From an uncultured bacterium (GTDB taxonomy: Bacteria > SAR324 > NAC60-12): a stretch of DNA of 48,906 bases. The notes under the pieces are model-generated. The model did no database searches. It worked only from the letters and a program-made list of their open reading frames with translations, and was not told the DNA's origin. Position numbers and translations under genes: made by a program. Within the stretch, counting starts at the first letter, position 1; each line of letters opens with the position of its first letter. The stretch covers positions 1-48,906 of the forward strand of contig CBFIJD010000023.1 of the NCBI GenBank assembly GCA_965662845.1, written 5' to 3'. Of the stretch, positions 10,301-18,975 are shown piece by piece.

Positions 10301-10888
10301 GGGGCAACCCCCGTTTTTTCCCCGTTTGTAGTTTCCTCCGTTTTCCCCCGTTTTTTCCGTTTTCGCGATCCGGTAGGGGCGAAAGGCTTTTCGCCCTTGC
10401 TGTGCCGGAGATGCCCGCGATTTTGTTTATCGGTTTTTTCCGTTTTCGCGATCCGGTAGGGGCGAAAGGCTTTTCGCCCTTGCTGTGCCGGAGGTGCCCG
10501 CGATTTTGTTTATCGGTTTTTTCCCCGTTTTTGTTTTCGCCCGTTTTTTTCCGTTTTCGCGATCCGGTAGGGGCGAAAGGCTTTTCGTCCTTGCTGTGCC
10601 GGAGATGCCCGCGTTTGTGGTTGCCCGATTCCCCCGTGCCTGCCCCTACATGCCCGGCGTCGGAATGAAAACCGTCGGAACGAACAACGTCGGTAGGGGC
10701 GAAAGGCTTTTCGCCCTTGCTGTGCCGGAGATGCCCGCGATTTTGTTTATCGGTTTTTTCCCCGTTTTTGTTTTCGCCCGTTTTTTCCGTTTTCGCGATC
10801 CGGTAGGGGCGAAAGGCTTTTCGCCCTTGCTGTGCCGGAGATGCCCGCGATTTTGTTTATCGGTTTTTTCCCCGTGCCTGCCCCGACC
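10301..10888. repeat. Tandem array of GTAG-family REP-like palindromes (5 copies of GTAGGGGCGAAAGGCTTTTCGCCCTTGC in about 83-bp units)
   Basis: GTAG-hairpin copies start at 10373, 10456, 10567, 10693, 10803 with near-identical flanks; inverted REP-like ends CCCCGTGCCTGCCCCTAC (ending near 10649) and ...GCCCCGAC (near 10887). Confidence 0.85.
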
Positions 10889-10894
10889 TTGTCC

Positions 10895-10929
10895 TGTCCC
10901 ACAGTGAGACAGGCTGTCCCACTGTCCCA
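10895..10929 (+). promoter_or_regulatory. Putative AcoR upstream activator site
   Basis: Imperfect palindrome TGTCCCA-CAG-TGAGACA (10895-10911) plus extra TGTCCCA half-sites at 10915 and 10923, about 100 bp upstream of a sigma54-like promoter; GAGAC-type half-sites are typical of AcoR-family activators. Confidence 0.6.
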
Positions 10930-11006
10930 CCAGAACGCCCCAACCACTGCGCCTAAAAATTTCTCTAACACTCTGAAATTTAAACAGAAAATCCGAATAT
11001 TTTTTG

Positions 11007-11023
11007 TGGCACAAAAAGTGTCA
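11007..11023 (+). promoter_or_regulatory. Putative sigma54 (-24/-12) promoter of the aco operon
   Basis: TGGCACAAAAAGTGTCA: strong -24 TGGCAC, correct 10-nt spacing, but GT instead of GC at -12; AT-rich tract upstream; cognate sigma54 activator in the window. Confidence 0.55.
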
Positions 11024-11144
11024 TTAGGAGCGGCACAGCCGTCACGAAGCGGACGCTAGACGTGCCGATGTCTGGTGTCCCACCGAGCGGTCGCAGGGTT
11101 CTGGGCGAACCCCAATGTTCACCAACACCTAGGGAGCGAAGACA

Positions 11145-12116
11145 ATGGAACTATCACAAGAGCAGCTGCTGGAAGCGTATCGTAAGATGCGTACCATCCG
11201 AGCGTTTGAAGACCGGCTGCACGACGAGTTTGCTACCGGAGAGATCCCCGGATTTGTGCACTTGTATGCCGGAGAAGAGGCCTCAGCGGTAGGCTTCTGC
11301 ATGCACCTCAACGACGCAGATCGGATCGCCAGCACCCACCGTGGTCACGGGCACTGCATCGCCAAAGGCGTCGAGGTCATGGGGATGATGTCAGAGATTT
11401 ATGGCCGCGCTAACGGCACCTGTCACGGCAAAGGTGGCTCGATGCACATCGCGGACTTGGAGAAGGGAATGATGGGCGCCAACGGCATCGTGGGCGCAGG
11501 GCCACCCTTGGTCTGTGGCGCAGGGCTCGCCGCCAAGTTCAAAAAGAACCAAGGCGTCGCCATCGCTTTCTTCGGGGACGGCGGCTCCAACCAAGGCACG
11601 ACGCTAGAGTCTTTGAACCTCGCGACCGTCTGGAACCTGCCCTGCGTCTTCGTCGCCGAGAACAACGGGTATGCAGAAGCCACAGGCAGCAAGTGGTCGG
11701 TCTCCTGCGAAAACATCGCCGATCGCGCCGCCGCTTTCGGGATGCCCGGCGTGGTGGTAGACGGACACGACTTCTTCGCGGTGTATGAAGTCGCTGGCGA
11801 AGCGATCAAGCGGGCGCGCGAAGGTGGCGGCCCCACCCTCGTAGAGTGCAAGCTCAACCGCTACTACGGACACTTTGAAGGCGACGCGCAGACCTACCGC
11901 ACCATCGACGAGGTCAAGAACATCAAGGAGTCCAAAGACTGTCTGATGCTCTTCGCCAAGCGCGTCACCTCACAGAACCTGCTCACTCAAGCCCAACTTG
12001 ACGCCATTGACGCAGATGTCGCTCAGCTCATCGACGCAGCCGTCGCGCACGCCAAATCGTCCGCAAAACCGACCGAGGCCGATCTGCTCACGGACGTCTA
12101 CGTCAGCTACCTATAA
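11145..12116 (+). CDS. acoA: TPP-dependent acetoin dehydrogenase-type E1 alpha subunit
   Basis: GEIPGFVHLYAGEEA, STHRGHGHCIAKG, GGSMH, GDG..N TPP motif, GHFEGD. Confidence 0.92.
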   Translation: MELSQEQLLEAYRKMRTIRAFEDRLHDEFATGEIPGFVHLYAGEEASAVGFCMHLNDADRIASTHRGHGHCIAKGVEVMGMMSEIYGRANGTCHGKGGSMHIADLEKGMMGANGIVGAGPPLVCGAGLAAKFKKNQGVAIAFFGDGGSNQGTTLESLNLATVWNLPCVFVAENNGYAEATGSKWSVSCENIADRAAAFGMPGVVVDGHDFFAVYEVAGEAIKRAREGGGPTLVECKLNRYYGHFEGDAQTYRTIDEVKNIKESKDCLMLFAKRVTSQNLLTQAQLDAIDADVAQLIDAAVAHAKSSAKPTEADLLTDVYVSYL

Positions 12117-12140
12117 CCGCATTTCAGAGGAAAAAAACAC

Positions 12141-13142
12141 ATGGCACGGATCATCAACTACAAAGACGCCATCAACGAAGCGATGGCCCAAGAGATGGCG
12201 CGAGACGAGACGGTCATCGCGATGGGTGAAGACAACGTCGGTGGGATGGGCGCAGAAGGAGAGAAGGACGCCTGGGGCGGTGTGCTCGGCGTGACCAAAG
12301 GGCTCTACGGCAAATATGGCGACCGCATCATGGACACCCCGATCACCGAGTCAGCGTTCATCGGAGCCGCCGCCGGAGCCGCCGCCTGTGGGATGCGCCC
12401 TGTCGCAGAGCTGATGTTCATCGACTTCATGGGCGTCTGCTTCGACCAGATCTTCAACCAAGCCGCGAAGTTCAAGTACATGTTCGGCGGCAAAGCCGAG
12501 ACTCCGCTCGTGGTGCGCACCATGTACGGAGCCGGTCTCCGCGCTGCGTCGCAGCACTCGCAGTGCCTCTACCCCATCTTCACGCACATCCCCGGTCTGA
12601 AGGTCGTGGTGCCGTCTACCCCATACGACGCGAAAGGGCTGATGATTCAGTCGATCCGCGACAACGACCCTGTGATCTTCTGTGAACACAAAGCGCTGTA
12701 CGGACTGGAGGGCGATGTCCCCGAAGGCTCTTACGCGCTCCCATTCGCCGAAGCGAACATCGTGCGAGAAGGGGGAGATGTGACGATCGTGGCGCTCGGC
12801 GCGATGGTCCACAAATCGACCGAAGCAGCGAACCAGCTCGCCAAAGAAGGCATCCAGTGCGAGATCATTGACCCACGCACCATCTCGCCATTAGACCTCG
12901 ACACGATCTTGGAGAGCGTCGAGCAAACCGGCCGCTTGGTGATCGTCGATGAGTCCAATCCCCGCTGCAACATGGCCACAGACATCTCAGCGCAGGTGGC
13001 CGACAGAGCCTTCTCGTCGCTCAAAGGGCCGATTCGCATGGTGACGGCTCCGCACTGTCCGCCGCCGTTCTCAGACGCTTTAGAAGACCTCTTCATCCCA
13101 AGCCCTGAGAAGATCATGGACGCCGTCCGTTCCCTGAACTGA
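12141..13142 (+). CDS. acoB: Acetoin dehydrogenase-type E1 beta subunit
   Basis: DAWGGVLGVTKGL, DTPITESAF, AAKFKYMFGG, QHSQ, DPVIFCEHK. Confidence 0.92.
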   Translation: MARIINYKDAINEAMAQEMARDETVIAMGEDNVGGMGAEGEKDAWGGVLGVTKGLYGKYGDRIMDTPITESAFIGAAAGAAACGMRPVAELMFIDFMGVCFDQIFNQAAKFKYMFGGKAETPLVVRTMYGAGLRAASQHSQCLYPIFTHIPGLKVVVPSTPYDAKGLMIQSIRDNDPVIFCEHKALYGLEGDVPEGSYALPFAEANIVREGGDVTIVALGAMVHKSTEAANQLAKEGIQCEIIDPRTISPLDLDTILESVEQTGRLVIVDESNPRCNMATDISAQVADRAFSSLKGPIRMVTAPHCPPPFSDALEDLFIPSPEKIMDAVRSLN

Positions 13143-13151
13143 GGTCGGCGC

Positions 13152-14165
13152 GTGTTCCCTTCCCACCCAGAGGTGAAGGTCGGCATCCTCGCCAACCCCG
13201 CCTCTGGGCGCGACATTCGGCGCGTGGTGGCGCGGGCGTCTGTGTTTCCCACCGCCGAAAAGTGCAACATGATCCAGCGTATCTTAGGAGCGCTGGCTGT
13301 GTGTGGCGTCGGCGAGGTCTGGATGATGCCCGACAAAGGGGGGATCGCTTCGGTGATTCGACGCTACTACGAGACCACCGAGGCGGAGCACCTGCCAACC
13401 CTCCGCTTCACAGACACGCCGATCAAAGACGCTCCGCACGACACTCGGCTGGCTGTGCGAGCGATGCTGGAAGCGGGCATCTCGTCCATCGTGGTGATGG
13501 GCGGCGATGGCACGCACCGTCTGGTCGCGGAAGAGTGTGGCACCGTCCCGATGGCGACGCTCTCCACAGGCACCAACAACAGCTTCCCCGAGCTGCGTGA
13601 AGCGACGTTGAGCGGCCTAGCGGCAGGGCTCGTCGCCGCCGGAAAGCTCACGCCAGCGGTGCTGCGCCGCGAGAAGCGCTTGCTCGTGCGGAAAAATGGC
13701 GAAATCTGCGGCACCGCGCTGGTGGACGTAGGTGTGAGCGCAGATCGCTTCATCGCCGCGAAGGCGGTCTGGGAGACGGATCGTCTGCGCGAGCTGTTCG
13801 TCACCTTCGCCTCTTGCGAAGCCATCGGGCTCTCGTCCATCGCCTCGCTGCTGCAACCCGTCGGACGCGAAGAGAACCACGGCCTCCACCTGCGCTGCGC
13901 TGCAGAAGCAACGCGACGGATCACCGCGCCGATCGCGCCCGGCTTGTTCAGGGACATCGGCATCGAAGCGTGGCAAACGCTCCCACTCGCCCAGCCGCTC
14001 CCGCTCCAAACTCCGCAAGGGGTGCTCGCGATGGACGGGGAACGCGAGGTCGAGTTTGGGCCGTCGGACCAGATTGAGATTGAGCTCGACCGCCAAGGCC
14101 CGGTCGTCATTGACGTGCGCCAAGCGCTCGCGGTCGCTGCTGCCGAGGGAACGATGCTGCGTTGA
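13152..14165 (+). CDS. acoX: AcoX-like ATP-NAD kinase family protein
   Basis: VGILANPASGRDIRRVVA, GGDGT, STGTNN.FPE, DGERE; inside the aco cluster. Confidence 0.88.
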   Translation: MFPSHPEVKVGILANPASGRDIRRVVARASVFPTAEKCNMIQRILGALAVCGVGEVWMMPDKGGIASVIRRYYETTEAEHLPTLRFTDTPIKDAPHDTRLAVRAMLEAGISSIVVMGGDGTHRLVAEECGTVPMATLSTGTNNSFPELREATLSGLAAGLVAAGKLTPAVLRREKRLLVRKNGEICGTALVDVGVSADRFIAAKAVWETDRLRELFVTFASCEAIGLSSIASLLQPVGREENHGLHLRCAAEATRRITAPIAPGLFRDIGIEAWQTLPLAQPLPLQTPQGVLAMDGEREVEFGPSDQIEIELDRQGPVVIDVRQALAVAAAEGTMLR

Positions 14166-14327
14166 GCGACCCAAGTGTGGTCTCCTCCCAACGCTTGGAC
14201 AAACGCAGAAATGTTCCCTCACCACCCCAGCACCTCCCTCGACAAGGACGACTTGTCGAAACTCAGAAAATTCTAATTATCGAAACCATTCAAGTTATCT
14301 CAAAAACTGCCACCCACGAGAGAGGTT

Positions 14328-15422
14328 ATGAGCCAGATTCACAGAGTTGGAATGCCCAAATGGGGGCTGTCAATGGTGCAGGGCACCGTCAATGACTGGA
14401 GCGTCGCAGAAGGAACCGAGGTCGAGAAAGGCGACGAGCTGGTTGAAATTGAGACGGACAAGATCGCGAACGTCTTGGAAGCTCCCACGGGGGGAGTGTT
14501 GCGCCGCATCGTCGCGCAGCCTGGCGAGGTCTTGCCCGTCTCTGCGCTGCTGGGCGTGATTACGGAAGGAGACGTCAGCGAGGCAGAGCTCGATGCCTTC
14601 ATCAGCGAGCAACAGGCCGCCTTAGCCGAGATGGCAGCAGCGGAGAGCGACCCGCTCAGCGAGAGCCGCGTCTTCCATTGGGAAGGGCTCAACATCCGCT
14701 ATTTGGACAGCGAAAACGGAGACCATCCCCTGATCTGTCTGCACGGCTTTGGCGGGGACAAAGACAACTGGCAGTTCAACCTAGGAGCCCTCGCGCCGTC
14801 GCGGCGGGTGATCGCTCCCGATTTTCCCAGCCACGGAGACTCCAGCGTCAACGCCGAATATTCGACACAAGCCGCGTATGCGCGCTTGGTCATCGCCCTG
14901 ATGGATCACCTCCAAATTGAAAAGGCGGAGCTTACCGGTCACTCGATGGGAGGAGCGATCGCCCTCTTGGTCACGCGGGACGCTCCCGCCCGAGTGGCCA
15001 GCTTATCGTTGATGGCGCCGGCGGGTGTCGGCTCGTCGATCAACGTGGAGTATGTGGACGGCTTCGCGAAGGCCAACAGCCGCAATGAACTGAAAAAACT
15101 CGCGGCGATGCTGTTCGCTGACAAAGAGATGGTCAGCCGCCAAATGATCGCCGAGCTGCTGAAGTACAAGCGCCTTGACGGAGTAGAGGCCGCGCTCAGC
15201 GCGCTCGCCGCCGACATGCACGAGCACGGGCAGATGAAGCTGCAGCTCCAAGACGTGACCGCCAGTGTCCCCACAACCGTGTTCTGGGGCGCGCAAGACG
15301 AGATCCTGCCGGTTCAAAACGCAGACACGCTCCCGGCGAACGTCACAGTCGTGCGCCCAGCCTGCGGTCACATGGTGCACATGGAGGCCGCCGAGGCCGT
15401 CAACGCTCATTTGGGACGCTAG
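14328..15422 (+). CDS. acoC: AcoC-type E2: lipoyl domain fused to alpha/beta-hydrolase fold
   Basis: MPKWGLSM, IETDK lipoyl lysine, HGFGG, GHSMGG nucleophile elbow, GHMVHME. Confidence 0.88.
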   Translation: MSQIHRVGMPKWGLSMVQGTVNDWSVAEGTEVEKGDELVEIETDKIANVLEAPTGGVLRRIVAQPGEVLPVSALLGVITEGDVSEAELDAFISEQQAALAEMAAAESDPLSESRVFHWEGLNIRYLDSENGDHPLICLHGFGGDKDNWQFNLGALAPSRRVIAPDFPSHGDSSVNAEYSTQAAYARLVIALMDHLQIEKAELTGHSMGGAIALLVTRDAPARVASLSLMAPAGVGSSINVEYVDGFAKANSRNELKKLAAMLFADKEMVSRQMIAELLKYKRLDGVEAALSALAADMHEHGQMKLQLQDVTASVPTTVFWGAQDEILPVQNADTLPANVTVVRPACGHMVHMEAAEAVNAHLGR

Positions 15423-15476
15423 CGCCAGCGATCGGCGCGAAGCAACACACTGCAACTATCACCCGAGGGAGGCAAC

Positions 15477-16274
15477 ATGGACCTGAACTTGCGCGGGCGC
15501 GTGGCGCTCATCACCGGAGCGAGCCGAGGCATCGGGAAGACCTGCGCGGAGATGCTAGCGGCGGAAGGCTGCCGTCTGTCGTTGTGTGGTCGCGATCACG
15601 AGCGGCTGGAAGCCGTCGCGGCGCCGCTGCGCGAACAAGGCGCGGAGGTGCTGTCTGTCCAAGCAGACGCCAGCCAGCCAGCAGAGATTGAGCGCTTCGT
15701 GGCAGAGTCTGCCAAGCACTTTGGGCACATCGACATCCTCGTCAACAACGCGGGGACCGGAGCGCTCAGCGACCTGATGTCCCTCGATGAGGCGAACATC
15801 CGCGCCAACATGGACCTGATGTTCTACGGGCCGCTGCACGCGTCTCGGGCGGTCGTGCCGCACATGCGCGAACGTCAAGGCGGGCGCATCATCAACATCT
15901 CTTCCATCTTTGGCAAACAGCCCGGCGGCTTGGTGGACTACGACGCCATCAAAGCTGCGCTGAACATGCTCACCAAAGACTTCGCCAACTATCTCGCCAA
16001 AGACAAAATTCTCGTCAACGCTGTCTGTCCGGGGCCGATCAAAGGGCCGCTCTGGGAAGAGCCGGGCGGGCTCGGCGAACAGCTCGGAGGCATCTTGGGC
16101 ATGTCGGGGCCAGAGGCGATCAAAGCTTTCGCAGAGCAGAACATCCCGCTGGGGGAGCACGGCGACCCCGAAGATGTCGCGGCGCTGGTGGCGTTCCTCG
16201 CCTCGGATCACGCCAAATTCATCACAGGACAGTCCATCAACGTCGATGGCGGCATGGTCAAAGCGCTGGTCTGA
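15477..16274 (+). CDS. Short-chain dehydrogenase/reductase
   Basis: TGASRGIG, NNAG, YDAIK (YxxxK), VCPG, TGQSINVDGG. Confidence 0.9.
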   Translation: MDLNLRGRVALITGASRGIGKTCAEMLAAEGCRLSLCGRDHERLEAVAAPLREQGAEVLSVQADASQPAEIERFVAESAKHFGHIDILVNNAGTGALSDLMSLDEANIRANMDLMFYGPLHASRAVVPHMRERQGGRIINISSIFGKQPGGLVDYDAIKAALNMLTKDFANYLAKDKILVNAVCPGPIKGPLWEEPGGLGEQLGGILGMSGPEAIKAFAEQNIPLGEHGDPEDVAALVAFLASDHAKFITGQSINVDGGMVKALV

Positions 16275-16303
16275 GCTGCACATCCACCACACGGAGACGA
16301 CAC

Positions 16304-17308
16304 ATGAAGAAACTACTCAACGATCCTTATCAGTATGTAGATGAGATGCTGGCCGGACTCTGCGCGGCGCATCCTGTGTTTTATCGGCAGACCGGCACCG
16401 GCGGGCGCGTGATCGCGCGTGCAGCGGGGACGAGAGAGGGCAAGGTCGGCATCGTCTCCGGTGGCGGTTCGGGGCACTTGCCGATCTTCACAGGCTACGT
16501 CGGAGCCGGGCTGATCGACGCTTGCGCTATCGGCGATGTCTTCGCCTCACCCTCAGTCGCCCAGATGGTCGAAGCGATGCGAGAAGCGCACGCGGGCGCA
16601 GGGGTGCTGCGGCTCTATGGCAACTATGGCGGCGACGTAATGAACTTCGACATGGCCGGAGAAACGGTCGAGCTAGAGGACGACATTCGATCGACGACGG
16701 TGCTGCTGACCGATGACGTCGCCTCCGCTCCTCCAGAAGAACACCAGAAGCGGCGCGGGGTCGCAGGGATGGTGTATGCCTACAAGATCGCCGGCGCCGC
16801 TGCGGAGGAGATGCAGCCGCTGGAAGCGGTGACGCGCATCGCGCAGAAAGCCGCAGACGCCTGCCGAACAATTGGCGCGGCGCTGACATCATGCACAGTC
16901 CCGCAAGCAGGCAAACCGACGTTCACGATCGGCGCGGAGGAGATGGAGATGGGCATGGGCATCCACGGAGAGCCCGGCGTGTGGCGCGACAAGCTCAAGC
17001 CTGCGGATGACATCGCCAATGAGATGATGGATCGCCTGCTCGCGGACAAAGCCGTCGGCTCCGGAGACCGCGTCTCGGTGCTAGTCAACAGCTTGGGAGC
17101 GACGCCGCCCGAAGAGCTCTACATCCTCTATCGAATCGTGCAACAGCGGCTGACCGACCTCGGCGCCGAGATCGTGATGCCGCTGGTGGGGCGCTACGCG
17201 ACGTCTATGGAGATGGCCGGCGTCTCGTTCACGCTCTGTCACCTCGATAGCGAGCTTGAAGCGCTGCTGAGAGCCCCCTGCTCCTGCGCCTTTTGGACGG
17301 TCTCCTGA
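16304..17308 (+). CDS. dhaK: DhaK-family (dihydroxyacetone/erythrulose kinase) substrate-binding subunit
   Basis: GGGSGHLP, NYGGDVMNF, RRGVAG, GMGIHGEPG, TSMEMAG. Confidence 0.88.
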   Translation: MKKLLNDPYQYVDEMLAGLCAAHPVFYRQTGTGGRVIARAAGTREGKVGIVSGGGSGHLPIFTGYVGAGLIDACAIGDVFASPSVAQMVEAMREAHAGAGVLRLYGNYGGDVMNFDMAGETVELEDDIRSTTVLLTDDVASAPPEEHQKRRGVAGMVYAYKIAGAAAEEMQPLEAVTRIAQKAADACRTIGAALTSCTVPQAGKPTFTIGAEEMEMGMGIHGEPGVWRDKLKPADDIANEMMDRLLADKAVGSGDRVSVLVNSLGATPPEELYILYRIVQQRLTDLGAEIVMPLVGRYATSMEMAGVSFTLCHLDSELEALLRAPCSCAFWTVS

Positions 17309-17916
17309 TGCAAGTCGCTGAGCTGAAGCCCTGCATCGACAGCCTGACAGCCGGCATGGAAGCCGCCGCGGAAGAACTCAACGCGCTGGATGGAGAGCTG
17401 GGCGACGGCGACCTTGGCGTGACGATGGTGCGGGGCTGTCGCCACCTGCAGGAAGTGCGTGAGGCTTTGCCGGAAGACTGGAGCAAAGCGCTGCTGCAGT
17501 GCTCGCAAGCGTTCACTAAGTCTTCTGGTTCCAGCTATGGGACGCTGCTCGCGACGGGAATTCTGGCGATGGCGAAAACGAAGCGAGGACAAACCGAGCT
17601 GCACGCCGCGGAGTGGCCGCTGCTGCTGCAAACCGCGCTGGAAGCAATGAAGGCACGAGGCAAAGCAGAGCTGGGACAAAAAACCGTCTTAGACGCCATC
17701 GAAGCCACCCGCGTGGCGCTCGCGCACACCGAGACTCCCACGCTGGCGGTCGCCGTCGCCGCGACACAGCGTTGCCTAGACGAATTTCGGGAGCGCCCCT
17801 GTCAGCTCGGGCGCGCTCGCATTTTTGGCGACAAATCCATCGGACTCGACGACCCGGGCATGGTCGCCTTCTTGCGCATTTTGGAATCCTTACAACGCGC
17901 CGCCCAGCCCACCTGA
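17308..17916 (+). CDS. dhaL: DhaL-family nucleotide-binding subunit (TGATG overlap start)
   Basis: LNALD...GDGDLG.TM, SSYGTL, RGKAELGQKTVLDA, GRA....DDPG. Confidence 0.88.
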   Translation: MQVAELKPCIDSLTAGMEAAAEELNALDGELGDGDLGVTMVRGCRHLQEVREALPEDWSKALLQCSQAFTKSSGSSYGTLLATGILAMAKTKRGQTELHAAEWPLLLQTALEAMKARGKAELGQKTVLDAIEATRVALAHTETPTLAVAVAATQRCLDEFRERPCQLGRARIFGDKSIGLDDPGMVAFLRILESLQRAAQPT

Positions 17917-17943
17917 CAGCCCCTGACACAGGAGAACCTTGGT

Positions 17944-18975
17944 ATGACTTCCGAACAGAGCGCCCATTTCTACCGACAGCTGCTGCGCGTGCGCGTGTTT
18001 GAAGAGCGCGTTGGAGAGCTGTTTCTACAAGGTGGTAGCGCAGGCTCCATGCTGCATTTGTCGATTGGGGAAGAAGCCAGCGCCGTGGGGGTGACCGAGG
18101 CGATGCAGGAGCAGGACAGCTTCACGACCCATCATCGCGGACACGGCATCTTTCTGGCGCGCGGGGCCGACCCTCAGCTCATGATGGCAGAGATTGCGGG
18201 CAAAGCCGCCGGCTACTGTCGGGGCAAAGGGGGCTCCATGCACATCGCAGATCGCCAGCTGGGACACCTCGGCGCTAACGCTATCGTCGGCGGCGGCATC
18301 CCGCATGTCGTCGGCGCAGGGTTGTCATATCAGGTGTTGCAGGTGCCGGCGGTCTCGGTGGCCTTCTTTGGAGACGGCGCGATGCAGCAAGGGAACCTCT
18401 ACGAGAGCATGAACCTCGCCGCGCTCTGGAAGCTGCCGGTGCTCTTCTGCTGCATCAACAATCAATACGGGATGGGGACACGCCTTGACCGCGCGAGCGC
18501 TTCGTTGGAGTTCGCGAAACGGGCCGAGACCTTCGGGCTGCGTGGCCAAGAGGTGGAGGGCTTGGACGTAGAGGCCGTCTATCAAACCGCGTCGGAGCTC
18601 ATCGACGCCGCGCGACAAGGCCGCCCGGGCTTCCTGAAGATCGACTGCTATCGGTTCCACGGGCACGCCCGCAAAGACAAGAGCCCCTACCGCGACCCAG
18701 CGGAAGAAGAACAAGGGCGCCAGCAAGACCCGCTCCGCTTCCAAGCCCAGCGACTGCGAGACCAAGGGGTGGGAGAGTCACAGCTCCAAGACTGGGAACA
18801 GACGATCAGCACCGAGATGGACGAAGCCTTGCGCTTCGCCTTGGACACCGCAGCCCCAGCGCTGCCGACCATGTTTGCGGATGTGTATGACCCAAGTCAG
18901 CCTCAACCGCAGCCGGTCGCACAGCGGATGCAGCAGGCGCTCTACTCGCCCATCTTAGCCGGAGAGTTCCCATGA
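17944..18975 (+). CDS. Second TPP-dependent dehydrogenase E1 alpha subunit
   Basis: HLSIGEEA, HHRGHG, GKGGSMH, FFGDGA..QG...NNQY, YRFHGH. Confidence 0.9.
   Translation: MTSEQSAHFYRQLLRVRVFEERVGELFLQGGSAGSMLHLSIGEEASAVGVTEAMQEQDSFTTHHRGHGIFLARGADPQLMMAEIAGKAAGYCRGKGGSMHIADRQLGHLGANAIVGGGIPHVVGAGLSYQVLQVPAVSVAFFGDGAMQQGNLYESMNLAALWKLPVLFCCINNQYGMGTRLDRASASLEFAKRAETFGLRGQEVEGLDVEAVYQTASELIDAARQGRPGFLKIDCYRFHGHARKDKSPYRDPAEEEQGRQQDPLRFQAQRLRDQGVGESQLQDWEQTISTEMDEALRFALDTAAPALPTMFADVYDPSQPQPQPVAQRMQQALYSPILAGEFP

Noticed and set aside
10351..10888. Second CRISPR array
   Set aside because: Sequences between hairpins are near-identical rather than unique and spacing is irregular; fits a REP-like tandem
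10402..11059. Overlapping ORFs of 74-140 aa
   Set aside because: Repetitive translations of the REP-like array
14162..14395. 77-aa ORF between acoX and acoC
   Set aside because: Overlaps acoC out of frame, atypical composition, no motif
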